DNA of 64,000 nucleotides from Lampris incognitus (Eukaryota): NCBI RefSeq assembly GCF_029633865.1, contig NC_079220.1, positions 16,850,216 to 16,914,215 of the forward strand, read 5' to 3'. Shown piece by piece: positions 37,580 to 49,932 of this stretch (position 1 is its first letter; each line of letters starts with the position of its first letter). The notes under the pieces were generated by a model. It saw only the letters and a program-made list of their open reading frames with translations, ran no database searches and was not told where the DNA came from. The position numbers and the translations under genes were made by a program.

Positions 37580-40500
37580 GGGTTTCTTAGAAGAGCCTGA
37601 AAGGTATTGAAACATTTCACTTGCACTACACCATCTAGTAGGTCTTTTTAGTAGTATTCTCATAGCATCATTATAAGCTACTCAAAGCCTCTGTAAGCTT
37701 GCTTTTTTATAGTTTGACCACAGGTGTGCAGTGTAGAGTGTTGTACAATATGCTCTGAACAGAGCACATCTTCACACTAACTGAACACATACGAAGCTTG
37801 CGTGACAGAGTGTTTGCGTGTGCATACATCATGCGGCATTGCCTATAAATATCATCATCGTCTGTCATTTGTTTAGTAATATAGTGCCCAAGATATTTCA
37901 CCTTATTACATACCACAAGATTATTATCAGAGAATTTAAAATCAGGAAATTTTAGATGATAGATCTCTTTGGTTCTGCAGATCATGACAACGCTCTTACT
38001 AGCATTGTATTTGATATCATGCTCCATGCCATACATAGAACATACACTCACTGGCCACTTTATTAGGTACACGTTGCTAGTACTGGGTTGGACCCCCTTT
38101 TGCCTTCAGAACTGCCTTAATCCTTCGTGGCATAGGTTCAACAAGGTACTGGAAACATTCCTCAGAGAGTTTGGTCCATATTGACATGATAGCATCACGC
38201 AGTTGCTGCAGATTTGTCGGCTGCACATCAATGATGTGAATCTCCCGGTCCACCACATCCCAAAGGTGCTCTATTGGATTGAGATCTGGTGACTGTGGAG
38301 GCCATTTGAGTACAGTGAACTCATTGTCATGTTCAAGAAACCAGTCTGAAATGATTCGAGCTTTATGACATGGCGCGTTATCCTGCTGGAAGTAGCCATC
38401 CGAAGATGGGAACACTGTGGTCATAAAGGGATGGACATGGTCAGCAACAATACTCAGGTAGGCTGTGGCGTTGATACGATGCTCAATTGGTACTAAGGGG
38501 CCCAAAGTGTGCCAAGAAAATATCCCCCACACCATTACACCACCACCACCAGCCTGAACCGTTGATACAAGGCAGGATGGATCCATGCTTTCATGTTGTT
38601 GACGCCAAATTCTGACCCTACCATCCGAATGTCGCAGCAGAAATCGAGACTCATCAGACCAGGCAATGTTTTTCCAATCTTCTATTGTCCAATTTTGGTG
38701 AGCCTGTGCGAATTGTAGCCTCAGCTTCCTGTTCTAAGCTGACAGGAGTGGCACCCGGTGTGGTCTTCTGTTGCTGTAGCCCATCTGCCTCAAGGTTCGA
38801 CGTGTTGTGCGTTCAGAGATGCTCTTCTGCATACCTCGGTTGTAATGAGTGGTTATTTGAGTTACTGTTGCCTTTCTATCAGCTCGAACCAGTCTGGCCA
38901 TTCTTCTCTGACCTCTGGCATCAACAAGGCATTTTCGCCCACAGAACTGCCGCTCACTGGATATTTTCTCTTTTTCGGACCATTCTCTGTAAACCCTAGA
39001 GATGGTTGTGCGTGAAAATCCCAGCAGATCAGCAGTTTCTGAAATACTCAGACCAGCCCGTCTGGCACCAACAACCATGCCACATTCAAAGTCACTTAAA
39101 TCACCTTTCTTCCCCATTCTGATGCTCGGTTTGAACTGCAGCAGATCGTCTTGACCATGTCTACATGCCTAAATGCATTGAGTTGCTGCCATGTGATTGG
39201 CTGATTAGAAATTTGCGTTAACGAGCAGTTGGACAGGTGTGCCTAATAAAGTGGCCGGTGAGTGTATATCAAGGAGCAGCTGGAGACCAGCGCTACAGGG
39301 ACTAAGAATGACAAGGTCATCTGCATACATAATAGGGTTCACCAAGGTATTGCTAGTCATGCACCCAGTGTTGCAGGCTTTCAGCTGCTTGGACAAATCA
39401 TCAATGTATAAATTGTGGAGAACTGGAGACAGAATTCCCCCTTGTCTGACACCATTGCTAACCCCAAATTGGGCTGAAACACCATTATCCAATTTCACTT
39501 GCATAGTCTGGTGGGCATACCAATAAGCCAGAATTCTCACAATGTATTTAGGCTCCCCTCTTTGACTCAATTTAACAAACAACTTTCTATGATTAACACG
39601 ATCAAAAGCTTTAGAAGCATCAATAAAACACATAAGAACTGATTAGTTTTGGCCTCTGTATTTGTTTACAATTTCCTTTAAGGCATATATACCTAAGTCA
39701 GTGCCATGTTTACCTTTAAAACCAAACTGGTTATCTGTGGAGTTGATAAATTCATGCACTCTATCCAGCAGTATTCTTTCTAGGACTTTTGACAGTATGC
39801 TGGCTAGAGCTATAGGCCTGTAGTTATCTAGGCTGCATACTTTCCAGCTTTGTCCTTAATGACTGGCACTAACAGTACAGACAACACTGAGTCTGGTAAC
39901 AAGCCGTGGATCATAAAGCCAGTAAAACAGATAGCAAGGAGAGGAGCTATCCTCGGACTGGCATATTTAAGGTGTTCAGCAGTAATATGATCTAAGCCAC
40001 TTGCCTTGTTGACAGACGGCTTGTGTATAGCTTGGTACACCTCGTGTGACATGATGACCATTGAATCATCACTCTCAATATTGCCCACCTTATACAGATC
40101 ACTGTGGACACAATTGAATAAGGTACTATAATCCTGTCGTCATAACTCAGCAATATTGTGTGTACCGGAGATACCACCAACAGTGCATAGTAGAGATGTT
40201 TTACAGTTGTTGAGAACTCCCACTGCTTTCCAAAAATTAGCAAACTTGTTTCCTAGCAGCTTCTTAGCCATAGAATCTGCCCTCATGGCTTGCTCATTTT
40301 TACAAATGAAGCGAATGGCATACTTGTAGCTTGCATTAGTGAGCTTCTTGTGTTCAAGCTCAGGCCCTTGTCTGGGTCTGCCTGCCATAGCACATGATTT
40401 AAAGGCTTCACCTGGTTCTTCATGATACCCAGCTACATACTTGTTCCAACCAGGCCTGAGGTTATGCGTCTTATTTTTATACTTATAGTAAGGCTTACTA

Positions 40501-42710
40501 CCTTCATACAGACCACTAACAATATCACCATACATGCAGCAGAGATCTCTCCTATCCCTTACAATTAATGTCTCTGCACATAACTGCATCTCTAAGCAGA
40601 TTTATATTACCCAAGGTTTCATCTGTACGGGCATGATAGGCTAAGATGTCCTCCTTTGTAAGAGTTGACCAGTCCAACCTTCCTGCATTATCACTATCTC
40701 CATTACTAAACAGCACAGGCAGATGTTCAACATTTATAGCCATAGCAAGAGGTACGTGATCAATCGTTGCTGCCCCATACATAATACCCATACTCCCCAA
40801 CAAGGCATGTGCATCAGCAGTGCAAATACAGTGGCCCAGCCATGACGTAGTGTGCCAGGCCTCACTTATGTATGTAAAAGTATTTGTAGGCAACAAGACT
40901 TTGCTTGACAATATAAGATTATTATCTTGACAGTGTGGGAATGCAGGAATGAGGAGATGGAGAGATCGAGTCGAGTCAATTCCGTTTACTCTCCACACAA
41001 AACGACATCGATACAGCACAATCTCTCGTGGCAACCAGCTAACCGCTAGGCTGCTGCAAACATGGCTCCACCCCGGAAACTCTAAGCAGTGCCTATGTCA
41101 GCACTCCGAACGTCTGCCTTAAAGGAGCAGCAGCCCCTGGTGAATCTACCCTCAACGCTGTATCACCACAACAGAACTGAACCATGTGATTAGCAAATAA
41201 CGAATTCCTGTCTGAGATATCAGCATTCAAATCCCCAATGACATACACACTGGAAGAAGTATTATCTTGAATAAAGGAATTGATGAATGCAAGCCTATTT
41301 AAATATTCATCCTCATTCTGCTGGTATTCATAGGGTGTATACACATTTAGGATAAAGAATTCCCTGTCATTGTGAGTAAATTGTATTGCAATGCACCAGT
41401 CAACACCAAGCCTAACCACATTTATCAATGAGTCGAGCTTCTTATTCTATAGAATAGCCACACCCCCTGGTATCCTGCCTCTGACTATTCCCACGCCAAG
41501 GTCAGTTGTAGACTGCCCAGCCCCATGAAAGTTCTCATTGAAGGAGTTTAGTTTTTCCAGCTCTTGCTTTGCTAAAAATGTCTCTTGCATACATAGTATG
41601 TCACAGTTCTCCAAAAGGTTTTCAACACTATGCGGCGAGCTTTATCCCCTGTGCTCTGGCCCAGACGCAGGCCATGACAGTTGTATGACAAAACTCGAAT
41701 GTTCATTTAGCAAGACTAGTGAGTGATCATATCACCAGCAGGCATACTAATCCACCCCGCAAAAAAAGCAGTGTTTGACCCGATAACTCCACCTGGCTCA
41801 TAATAGCACTGGACAAGTGCCCCTTCAGGCCAGAGCTCCGGATTGTACATTTCTCCAACCTCACTGCATTTGGCAGATATTTTCAATGAGCTGAATCTAC
41901 TGTGTACAGAGCCAATCTTTTGACAGATAACATCACGGCCAAGTTTATCTTTAAGATACCCAGACAGAGTGTCAGCGTCTAGGTCTGGTGTGAACTTGGT
42001 GGCAAAAACACTCACCAGCTTCGTCTTTACCACCTTGATATTACTCCCAGCTCCGGTACCAATAACATTGCTGGATTTCTATTTCTGCCCAGGGTTAACA
42101 GTACGTGAGCTTGAGTGAATAGCAACTTTCACGGGGCGATGTTTCACGACTTGACTCCACATTGAGGTGCCTGGCAGAGACGTTAATCCACCAGGACCCT
42201 CTACTACCTCAGCCTTCTCCACTTCCAGAGTGGAGACCACTGCTGAAGCTCCTTCCTTTGCTTCCAGGCCCGGGGCTTCCACCGGTGCAGCCCCAGATAC
42301 CGTGCCAACCAGGCCGGTGGCTCCATCTATCGTGCTCATGACAGTGGCCCCAACCACCGCCACCGACGTATCTGGAACATTGCCCCCAGTCAGGTCAGCA
42401 GAGCACTCCAGTGCACACACTCGGTGATCGATCTTCTCAGTGATAAACCGAAGATCTTTGCTCACATTAGCATGTATCTGCATTGCATGTTTCATAGAGC
42501 TGACCTCCACGTACAGCTGCTCCATTCTCCCAAGCAGGCTTGAGACATCCATGTTGGAGAATGTCACCGGTGGCAGAGCATCCAAGTAATGAGAGACAAA
42601 TCTGGGACAGATTGATAGTGGCCACTTTTGCACGCACTGGATGCATCTGACCCTGTCCAACCACCTTACCGAGGTACGTCACAGTGGCCTGTGCAAACTC
42701 ACTTTGCGAG
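37580..42710 (-). mobile_element. LINE (L1/Tx1-like or related; ORF1 + APE endonuclease + RT), nested in the LTR element RT gene and itself interrupted by a Tc1
   Basis: minus ORFs: ORF1-like 42079..42660 and 41716..42033; APE EN 41093..41428 (GDLNADIS); RT 40552..41034, 40140..40589, 39828..40088, 39205..39633 (FIDASKAFDRVNH...GVRQGGILSPVL...MYADDLVILS), RT C-term 37707..38072 (KYLGHYITKQMTDDDDIYRQCRMMYAHANTL); LTR-element RT sequence resumes on both sides. Confidence 0.7.
38043..39268 (-). mobile_element. compact Tc1-like DNA transposon (about 1.23 kb), about 30 bp TIRs, transposase frameshifted
   Basis: TIR tacactcac(t/c)ggccactttattagg(t/c)acac at both ends inverted; ORFs 38734..39117 (MGKKGDLSDFECGMVVGARRAGLSISETADLLGFSRTTISRVYREWSEKEK...) and 38077..38586 (DDE region ...QQDNAPCHKARIISDWFLEHDNEFTVLKWPPQSPDLNPIEHLWDVVDREI...). 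Confidence 0.85.
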
Positions 42711-45700
42711 GTTAACAGTGAGACGTGCCTCAGTCAGACGATCAAACAGCTCCCCCACCCGGGAGAGATGCTGCTCCCAAGTGTCACTAAAGACAACCAC
42801 ATCATCCAGGTAAACAGCGCAACCCTCCAACAATTCGATTCATCAAGCGCTGAAAGGTGGCTGGGGCGTTCCTCAATCCAAAACTCATTACTGAGTACAA
42901 ATACAGCCCCGACGGCGTGATAAAGACGGCTATCTCTCTAGCACGTGCTGACAGTGGAACCTGCCAGTATCCCTTCAAGAGATCAAATATGCTGACAAAC
43001 GCAGCAGATTCGACCTGATCAACACAATCCTCCATACGAGGAAGGGGATAGGAGTCAGGCTTTGTGACACTGTTGACATTTTGGTAGTCGGTACAAAACC
43101 TAAATGTACCATCAGGTTTATTCACCAAAAGACATGGAGAAGCCCAGCTAGAGGAGGACGGCTGCGCAATACCATTCTCTAACATATATCTAATCTCGCC
43201 ATCCAGATGGCTACAGTTCTCCACTGACACCCGATAGAACCGCTGCCAGATCGGCTCCGCACCCCCCAACGTCGATGTTGTGTTCAATCAAATGCGTACA
43301 GGAGGGGGTGTTGCCAAACAGCAAGAGATACCTGCGGATCAAAGCAACCAACTCTGAATGTCTACTCACAGATAGGTGAGCCAACAATGCCTCCAGGTTC
43401 AAGAGGGACTCAGAGTTCTTTAACTGGTCTAGTAGCACACAATCATCAGGCCCAGCTACACCATCCTCACCCGGCGCTGCCACCACCGGGCCAGGAGGTG
43501 AGTTGGGCACCTCTGCACCACCCACCAGCAACACTGGCTTAACGACACCATCAGCGCGGTCTACCTCACCTGCAGAGAGAACCTGGTCAAACAAGTCTGC
43601 CAATTTAGGGTCAGCTTTCTGTTCTCTCACGAGGTTATCTCGAGTAACTGAACCAGGAAGTTTAGACAGGTGATCACTGGAGGTATCAACCATTGGACAA
43701 GGGACCACCAGAGGACCCACAGCAGCCATGCGACTCATTGAGCGTGTTACAGCACAAGCTGGAAAAACCCCAGGGAAACACTTCTCACTCTCATCAGTGC
43801 AGACAGGGACAGACGAAACAACCAGAGGTGGGGAAACGTCACGCCAAACGCGCCCACCAGCTAGATTATTCCCCAAAATAGGCAGGCAACGAAGGCTGCA
43901 CCCCCATAACAACCTTTCCCTCTACCAGCTCAGAGGTAAATATGAGCCTATGTAAGGGAACCAAGGTGTTAAGTCCTATACCCCAGATCAGGACACTGTC
44001 ACCTGTATCCGTCACCCAAGAAAATGGCAGCACAGATTGCGAAACAAAAGAGTCTGACGCGCCAGTGTAACGCAATATTCCTACTGGCACTTTTTCCTCA
44101 CTGCCAACAATAGACACAAAGCCATTCGTAATGAACGGTGCTTAATCTGAACCAGCCGGGCTTTTCTCGACTGGCTGCAGGTCAGGAGATAACACAGGAA
44201 TAGACCAGTTGTCAGCTGAAACCGCAAGTACAGCAGGTTTCACCGTGGTGCTAGGCGGCGACTTAGAGGCCTTAGCCTTCAGGACAGGACACTCATCCTT
44301 CCAGTGACCCCTACCCTGACAGAAGTTACAGACTCTTTGAAAGTCACCCTTTCCTCGGGAACCATCAGATATAACAGACGGATACTCGTTCCCAGCACCA
44401 TGTGTAGTGTGGCGAGCCCCAAATGAACTCTCCTTCTCATTACGTCCCCAGTCACGAGCACGGGTTTCCCCCAAATGGCCCTTGTGCATTAACACAAATT
44501 CATCGGCCAAAACAGCAGCCTCTGCAGCTGTATCTACTTTGAGCTCATTAAGACAGACTGCGAGACGCTCCGGGACAGAATCTTTAAATTTCATGGACAA
44601 AGTCAACATGAGATTGTTTATCCTTTCGTTTTAAGCCTCTAAACCGCTGGCGATAAGCCTTGGGGATGAGCTCATAGGCCCTCAAAATCGCAGTTTTAAC
44701 TGTCGTGTAATCCTTGCTCTCAGTAGCGCTCAAAGCAGAGTAGGCTTCTTGAGCTCTACCCATTAACACACTTTGTAGAAGCAAGGTCCGAATCAGACCA
44801 ACCTCTAGTCTCAGCGACTCGCTCAAATAATACAAAGAACGTATCTTGGTCATCCTCATTAAACTTAGGCACAAGCCGCAGATTTGCAGTCACATCACTG
44901 CCCCTGGGGGATTCTAGAGTAGGAGAGCCCTCCACTATTTTACCTTCCCTAATCAACACCAAACATTCCCATTGGAATTCTTGTCTTAACTTTTCGAGCA
45001 CATTCTTGGCTTCCTCCGCCTCTCTGTCTTTCTGTCGCTCAGCTCTGTCAAACTCAAGTTGCATCAATAACATTTTCTCCTGCGTCTTCTCTTGCTGCAA
45101 TAACAACTCCCTTTGTTGTTCAAACGTCAAATTACTACTCATAGGCAGAACAGCAGGTGACTTAGCTGACATATGCGGAGGTGGACTAGCCTCACTCTTA
45201 ATGACACTGGTCTCCTTACGCTTGTCAGACAGAAAAGACCTAAGACTGTCTTTGTTTCGGGAACCAGTTATCTTAATCTCCAAGGCCTCCGCAATTTGTA
45301 AAGCTGGTCTCTCGTACATTTACCCAGCAAGTCATCGGACTCGTCCACTAGATTAGCCATAACCTAAATCGTGCGTATCGAGTAGCTATGACAACAATAT
45401 GTCTCACTCCTCCACCTGCTGAAACACACCAAACCAAAACGGAGGCAACCGTGCTAATCGCGCCAAGTGCAGGGACAAAGATATCAAAGGGGAGTTTCCC
45501 CAAGCCCTAGATAACGCACCCTAGTCTTCGTGCGGCTTCGTGGCAGGTATTTACGCACTGTATACCGCTGGCTCGCTCAGAATAACCAGCGCGCTAGCGA
45601 CTCTTAGAACCACGGCCGTGCTCCCGAGACAAGATGCTCTGACCACTAGCACCACACAAAAACAACAAACTAAAATAACAAAACACCCAAACAAACACCC

Positions 45701-46122
45701 AATGTACCCCAACAAAGGGAATACGCCACTTATGCCTACGTGGGGATAATAGAAGGCAACAGCTCCGGGTAGCAACAAACCACTCCAAATCTCTAACCAC
45801 TGCACCAACACTCACCCCTAGGTCTGATGTCCCAACAGGTAGCACAGCAAAGCGTCCCCAGCCTGGGCGAAAGGCTGGAGACGAACCGTGGTCCTCTCTC
45901 CAACGCAGCACAAAAAACGAACAGGCGCAACAACTACACCTGCAAAATACCCAAATGGACTTATCTCCCACCAGCACGCAGCAAATGATATCACTAACAA
46001 TATCATAACCACTGCCAAGCAGTGAAACGAAGAAAACGCGCTCGCAAAAAGCAATAAGCTACTACGGGCAGTAGGCTATTACGATGGCCTGGTTCAAACC
46101 CAGATCCGGACGAGCTCCCACT

Positions 46123-46394
46123 TGTTACAACCCCGGCTCAAGGGACGTAACAAAATAAAAGGGAGACAAGTCAAGCGTTGTGATAACAATCAAAATATTT
46201 AATAATACAAGACAAGAAAAAAAAGAAGAATAAAGTTCAAAAAACAATGTGCTGGTTGGAGATCCGGAAGTTTCAGGAAGCGCGCAGATCCCCCGAAAGC
46301 CTCCCTGGAGCACGGGAACAACAAAGCGCGAAACCCGCCCACCTGAAACTGAAATAGAGACAAAGCCAGCAGGCAGGAAGAGGAGGCCGTAACA
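46123..46394 (-). repeat. 5' LTR (272 bp) of the Gypsy-like element; putative PBS just internal
   Basis: minus strand after LTR reads ...GTAACA AG TGGGAGCTCGTCCGGATCTGGGTTTGAACC (TGG-initiated primer-binding-site-like, complementary to a tRNA 3' end GGTTCAAACCCAGATCCGGACGAGCTCCCA). Confidence 0.7.
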
Positions 46395-46398
46395 TTGG

Positions 46399-46503
46399 GG
46401 TGACAGAGGAAGATGCAGAGGACAGGAAGATGGAAACTGATGATCCGCTGTGGCCACCCCTAACGGGAGCAGCCAAAACTACTAGTAGTAGTAGTAGTAG
46501 TTG
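46399..46503 (+). mobile_element. right part of the split LINE tail, ending in (AGT)7
   Basis: see 35676 feature. Confidence 0.6.
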
Positions 46504-46899
46504 TCATTACCTGATCTTAAAGACTGCATTATAGTTAAGTGATACAATTTTCTACAAACTTACACAACTGTTTTAGTTGAGTGAAATGAACAATGAATGC
46601 CTTTACCTGCTTGGTCATCATATCTGCATTACTGATGATAATTTCTCCTCATTTTCTGTGTTTATATCTTTTAAAGTGTCAATAGTCATGTCCACACTTT
46701 AAAAAATATTGTGGTAGTTGGTCTTGTCTTTTTCACCCAGCCCTACAACAAGGTAAAAGGGGTGAAAAAAATCACATTTCAACACAGTTTTGTAATGATT
46801 TAAAGGCTTTTCACATGTCTCTTAAACTCGCCTGCAGTTTTACTGGCAGTAAAATTAAGTGGAATTTAAAGCTATCTTAGGCGGCCCTTAAAAAATGTG

Positions 46900-48900
46900 T
46901 TTTAAAGTTGATTTATCAAAGTGCAACATTGAGCTTTAAAGGATGAATGAAGCAAAATCACACACCAGTGTTTGATGGGGTTGCGGGCAGGGCTCTGTGC
47001 AGGCCAGTCAAGTTCTTCTAGACAAAACTGGGCAAACCATGTCTTTACCCCTTTGTGCACAAGGGTATTGTCATGCTGAAACAGGGTAGGGCCTTCCCCA
47101 AACTGTTGCCACAATGTTGAAAGCGCCCACAATTTTCTAGAATGACATTGTCTGCTGTAGCGTTAAGGGGAACTAAGGGGCTGAGCCCAAACCATGAAAA
47201 ACAGCTCCAGACCATTATTCCTCCTCCACCAAACTTTACAGTTGGTACTATATATTCAGGCAGGTAGCGTTCTCCTGGCATCCATCAAACCCAGATTGGT
47301 TTTACAGACTGCTAGATAGTGAAGTGTGATTCATTACTCCAGAGAACACGTTTCCACTGCTTCAGAGTCCAATGGCAGTGTGCTTTAAACCATTCTAGCT
47401 GATGTTTGGCATTGCGCATGGTGATCTTAGGCTTGTGTGCGACTGCTTGGCCATGGAAACCCAATTCATGAAGCTCCCGACTTTGAAGGAAATTAATGGA
47501 GAACTGGCCAACTTGCAACTAAAGAAGGTTCAGGAGACATGGATGTCTTCGGCAGGAACATTTATTGAAGCTTGATCGAGGAAAATAGAGATCAGCAGTA
47601 TAAGTATGCACATTGTGTAATGCCACCCAATTCTTAAGGTTGCTTCCTGACAGGGAGTATTTAAACCCTTGCCTAGACCCACGGTTAACTTACGTTAACC
47701 AAAGTCACGTCTGCATTCTGGTCACCTGCAAGAGGAGTCATCCTGACCGTCCCTGACCGTCTGGAACAGAGCGTCACATCCTCCGCAACCTTGGTCTCCA
47801 TAGGCAACAGCTCAGTCTTATCAAGATCACCGCCTTGCCGAGTCAACAGATATGAACCGCTCAGAGACAGGCCTTGACTCACCGCTCCCATGTTAGAAGT
47901 AGAGTAGTGTTCCTGGGGACACTGTGTCATATTTATGTTTTTTTTTACTACTTTTATTAATCCCCCGTGGGGCAATTCTTTTTCTGCATTTAACCCATCC
48001 TAGCTGCATAGCTAGGAGCATTGGGCAGCCGCTAGTGCAGCGTCCGGGGACCAACTCCAGTTCGTCTTGCCATGCCTCAGTCAGGGGCACAGACAGGAGT
48101 ATTAACCCCTAACATGTATGTATTTTTGATAGTGGGGGAAACAAGAGCACCCAGAGAAAACCCACCGCAGACACAGGGAGAACATGCAAACTCCACACAT
48201 GACCTGGGATGACCCAAAGGTTGGACAACCCCGGGGTTCAAACCCAGGACCTTCTTGCTGTGAGGTGACAGCACTAACCGCTGGGCCACCATGCTTAAAG
48301 AGGAAAATTCAGCCACACCGAAGCGCTTCTGTGCTTAAGTTGTTTCCAGAGGCAGTTTGTAACTCTGCAGTGAGTGTTGAACAGTAGACAGATGATTTTT
48401 ATGCACTAACCTTCAGCACTTTGTGGTTGTATTCTGTGAGCTTGTGTGGCCTCCCACTTCTCGGCTGAGCTGCTGTTGCTCCGAGACTTTTCCATGTTAC
48501 AATAAGAGACTTACAGTTGACCGGGGGAGATCTATCTAGCAGGGAAGAAATTTGATGAACTGACTTGCTGGAAAGGTGGCATCCTATGAAGGTGCCATGT
48601 TGAAAGTCACCAAGTTCTTCAGTACGACCCATTCTACTGCCAGTGTTTGTCTATGGAGATTGCATGGCTGTATGCTTGATTTCATGCATCTACTAACAAT
48701 AGATGTGGTTGAGATAGCCAAAATCTACTCATTAGAAATGGTGTCCACATACTTTTGGCCATCTGATCAGTTTGTCCAGAAAATGCATTTCTTTATTATT
48801 ACTGTTCACTCAAATCTGTGCAAGAATCTTTTTTTAATTTGTGAGCTTTCAGTCATAGACCTTCTTCAAGGCATGAACTGATAGCAAGTGAATGCAGCCA
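46900..48900 (-). mobile_element. second Tc1-like family, degenerate transposase remnants, interrupted by a SINE
   Basis: minus ORFs 48399..48632 (HTH region GRTEELGDFQHGTFIGCHLSSKSVHQISSLL), 47312..47518, 47045..47281 ([22 protein letters not shown]), 46902..47132 ([17 protein letters not shown]...LDWPAQSPARNPIKH). Confidence 0.65.
47944..48312 (-). mobile_element. family-1 SINE (second subfamily) inserted in the Tc1 remnant
   Basis: reverse complement of the 3596 copy. Confidence 0.75.
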
Positions 48901-49095
48901 TATAAAGGGCTGAGAGAACATCACTCAATTAGCCTTAATGCAGGACACTTGTGTCAATCAGTTGGATTTGTGACTAAACACCAAAGGAATTGTAGTCCTA
49001 GATATAGTGGACTACAAATTAAAGACAGCATCTAGAGATGGTCAAGAAACACTAAGCACATTGAATTTACATAATTTACAATATTCACAATAACA
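48862..49095 (+). repeat. about 230 bp inverted-repeat arm (partner at 54385-54620); possible Tc1-type long TIR
   Basis: reverse-complement match to 54385-54620 at roughly 85-90%. Confidence 0.6.
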
Positions 49096-49097
49096 AT

Positions 49098-49225
49098 AGC
49101 GATAATCCATCCAGCTACCTATCCATTAGCCAAACCGCTTATCCTGCTCTCAGGGTCATGGGGATGCTGGAGCCTATCCCAGCAGTCACTGGGCGGCAGG
49201 TGGGGAAACACCCTGGACAGGCCAC
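49098..49225 (-). mobile_element. family-1 SINE, 3' partial
   Basis: ccattagccaaaccgcttatcctgctctcagggtcatggggatgctgg... Confidence 0.7.
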
Positions 49226-49426
49226 CAGTCACAATAGAAATAAATTCTATGTAAACATCATGCTTTAGCCATCATAAAATATATAGTATCAATTATGATT
49301 TAGTCATAGCGAGACACTTCTGTCAAAATCCTCATTCAGACCCAGTGCGATTACTCCAATCTCTGTATGGGTTTCTTTGAGGACTAATTTGTTTTCAACC
49401 CTGATAACCATAATTTTTGTCCAAAA

Positions 49427-49932
49427 AATCCTCAAATGGTACAGATATTTGGATGAAGTATTTTGCCTATTTCAGGGAAAAAGTGAACTGTTGGAATTTG
49501 TCATTTCTCAATGGTGCTAATCCTGAATCCTGATTTAAAATTCTCTTGAGCATGACCTGCAACGAGTTTCCTTTCTTGATATGTGGATTGAGTTAAATAA
49601 TGGGGCCCTTATTACCACATTGAGCAGAAGAAAAAAAAACAGATCGTAACACTTTTCCTTTAATTAGCAGGGCCCACTAACTCCAAAAAATCCTCAAATG
49701 GTACAGATATTTGGATGAAGTATTTTGCCTATTTCAGGGAAAAAGTGAACTGTTGGAATTTGTCATTTCTCAATGGTGCTAATCCTGAATCCTGATTTAA
49801 AATTCTCTTGAGCATGACCTGCAACGAGTTTCCTTTCTTGATATGTGGATTGAGTTAAATAATGGGACCCTTATTACCACATTGAACAGAAGAAAAAAAA
49901 ACAGATTGTAACACTTTTCCTTTAATTAGCAG
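49427..49932 (+). repeat. tandem duplication, 2 x about 253 bp
   Basis: ccaaaaaatcctcaaatggtacagatatttggatgaagtattttgcctatttcagggaaaaagtgaactg...attagcagggccca repeated at 49427-49679 and 49680-49932 with about 4 mismatches. Confidence 0.85.

Larger units (their letters stand above)
35885..46394 (-). mobile_element. Ty3/Gypsy-like LTR retrotransposon, about 10.5 kb including nested insertions; flanked by 4 bp TSD TTGG
   Basis: direct LTRs 35885-36160 and 46123-46394; TSD TTGG at 35881-35884 and 46395-46398; minus-strand gag with CCHC knuckle CNFCQGRGHWKDEC (44142..44609), protease-like region (43866..44117), RT (42802..43287: SPCLLVNKPDGTFRFCTDYQNVN...FQRLMN; YLDD at about 42800), RT thumb/RNase H start (36638..37096: FVGLVGYYRGF...VDASNVGAGAVLLQ); integrase missing. 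Confidence 0.75.

Noticed and set aside
48576-48881. Plus-strand 101 aa ORF
   Set aside because: Antisense/5' region of the degenerate Tc1 remnant; no homology pattern
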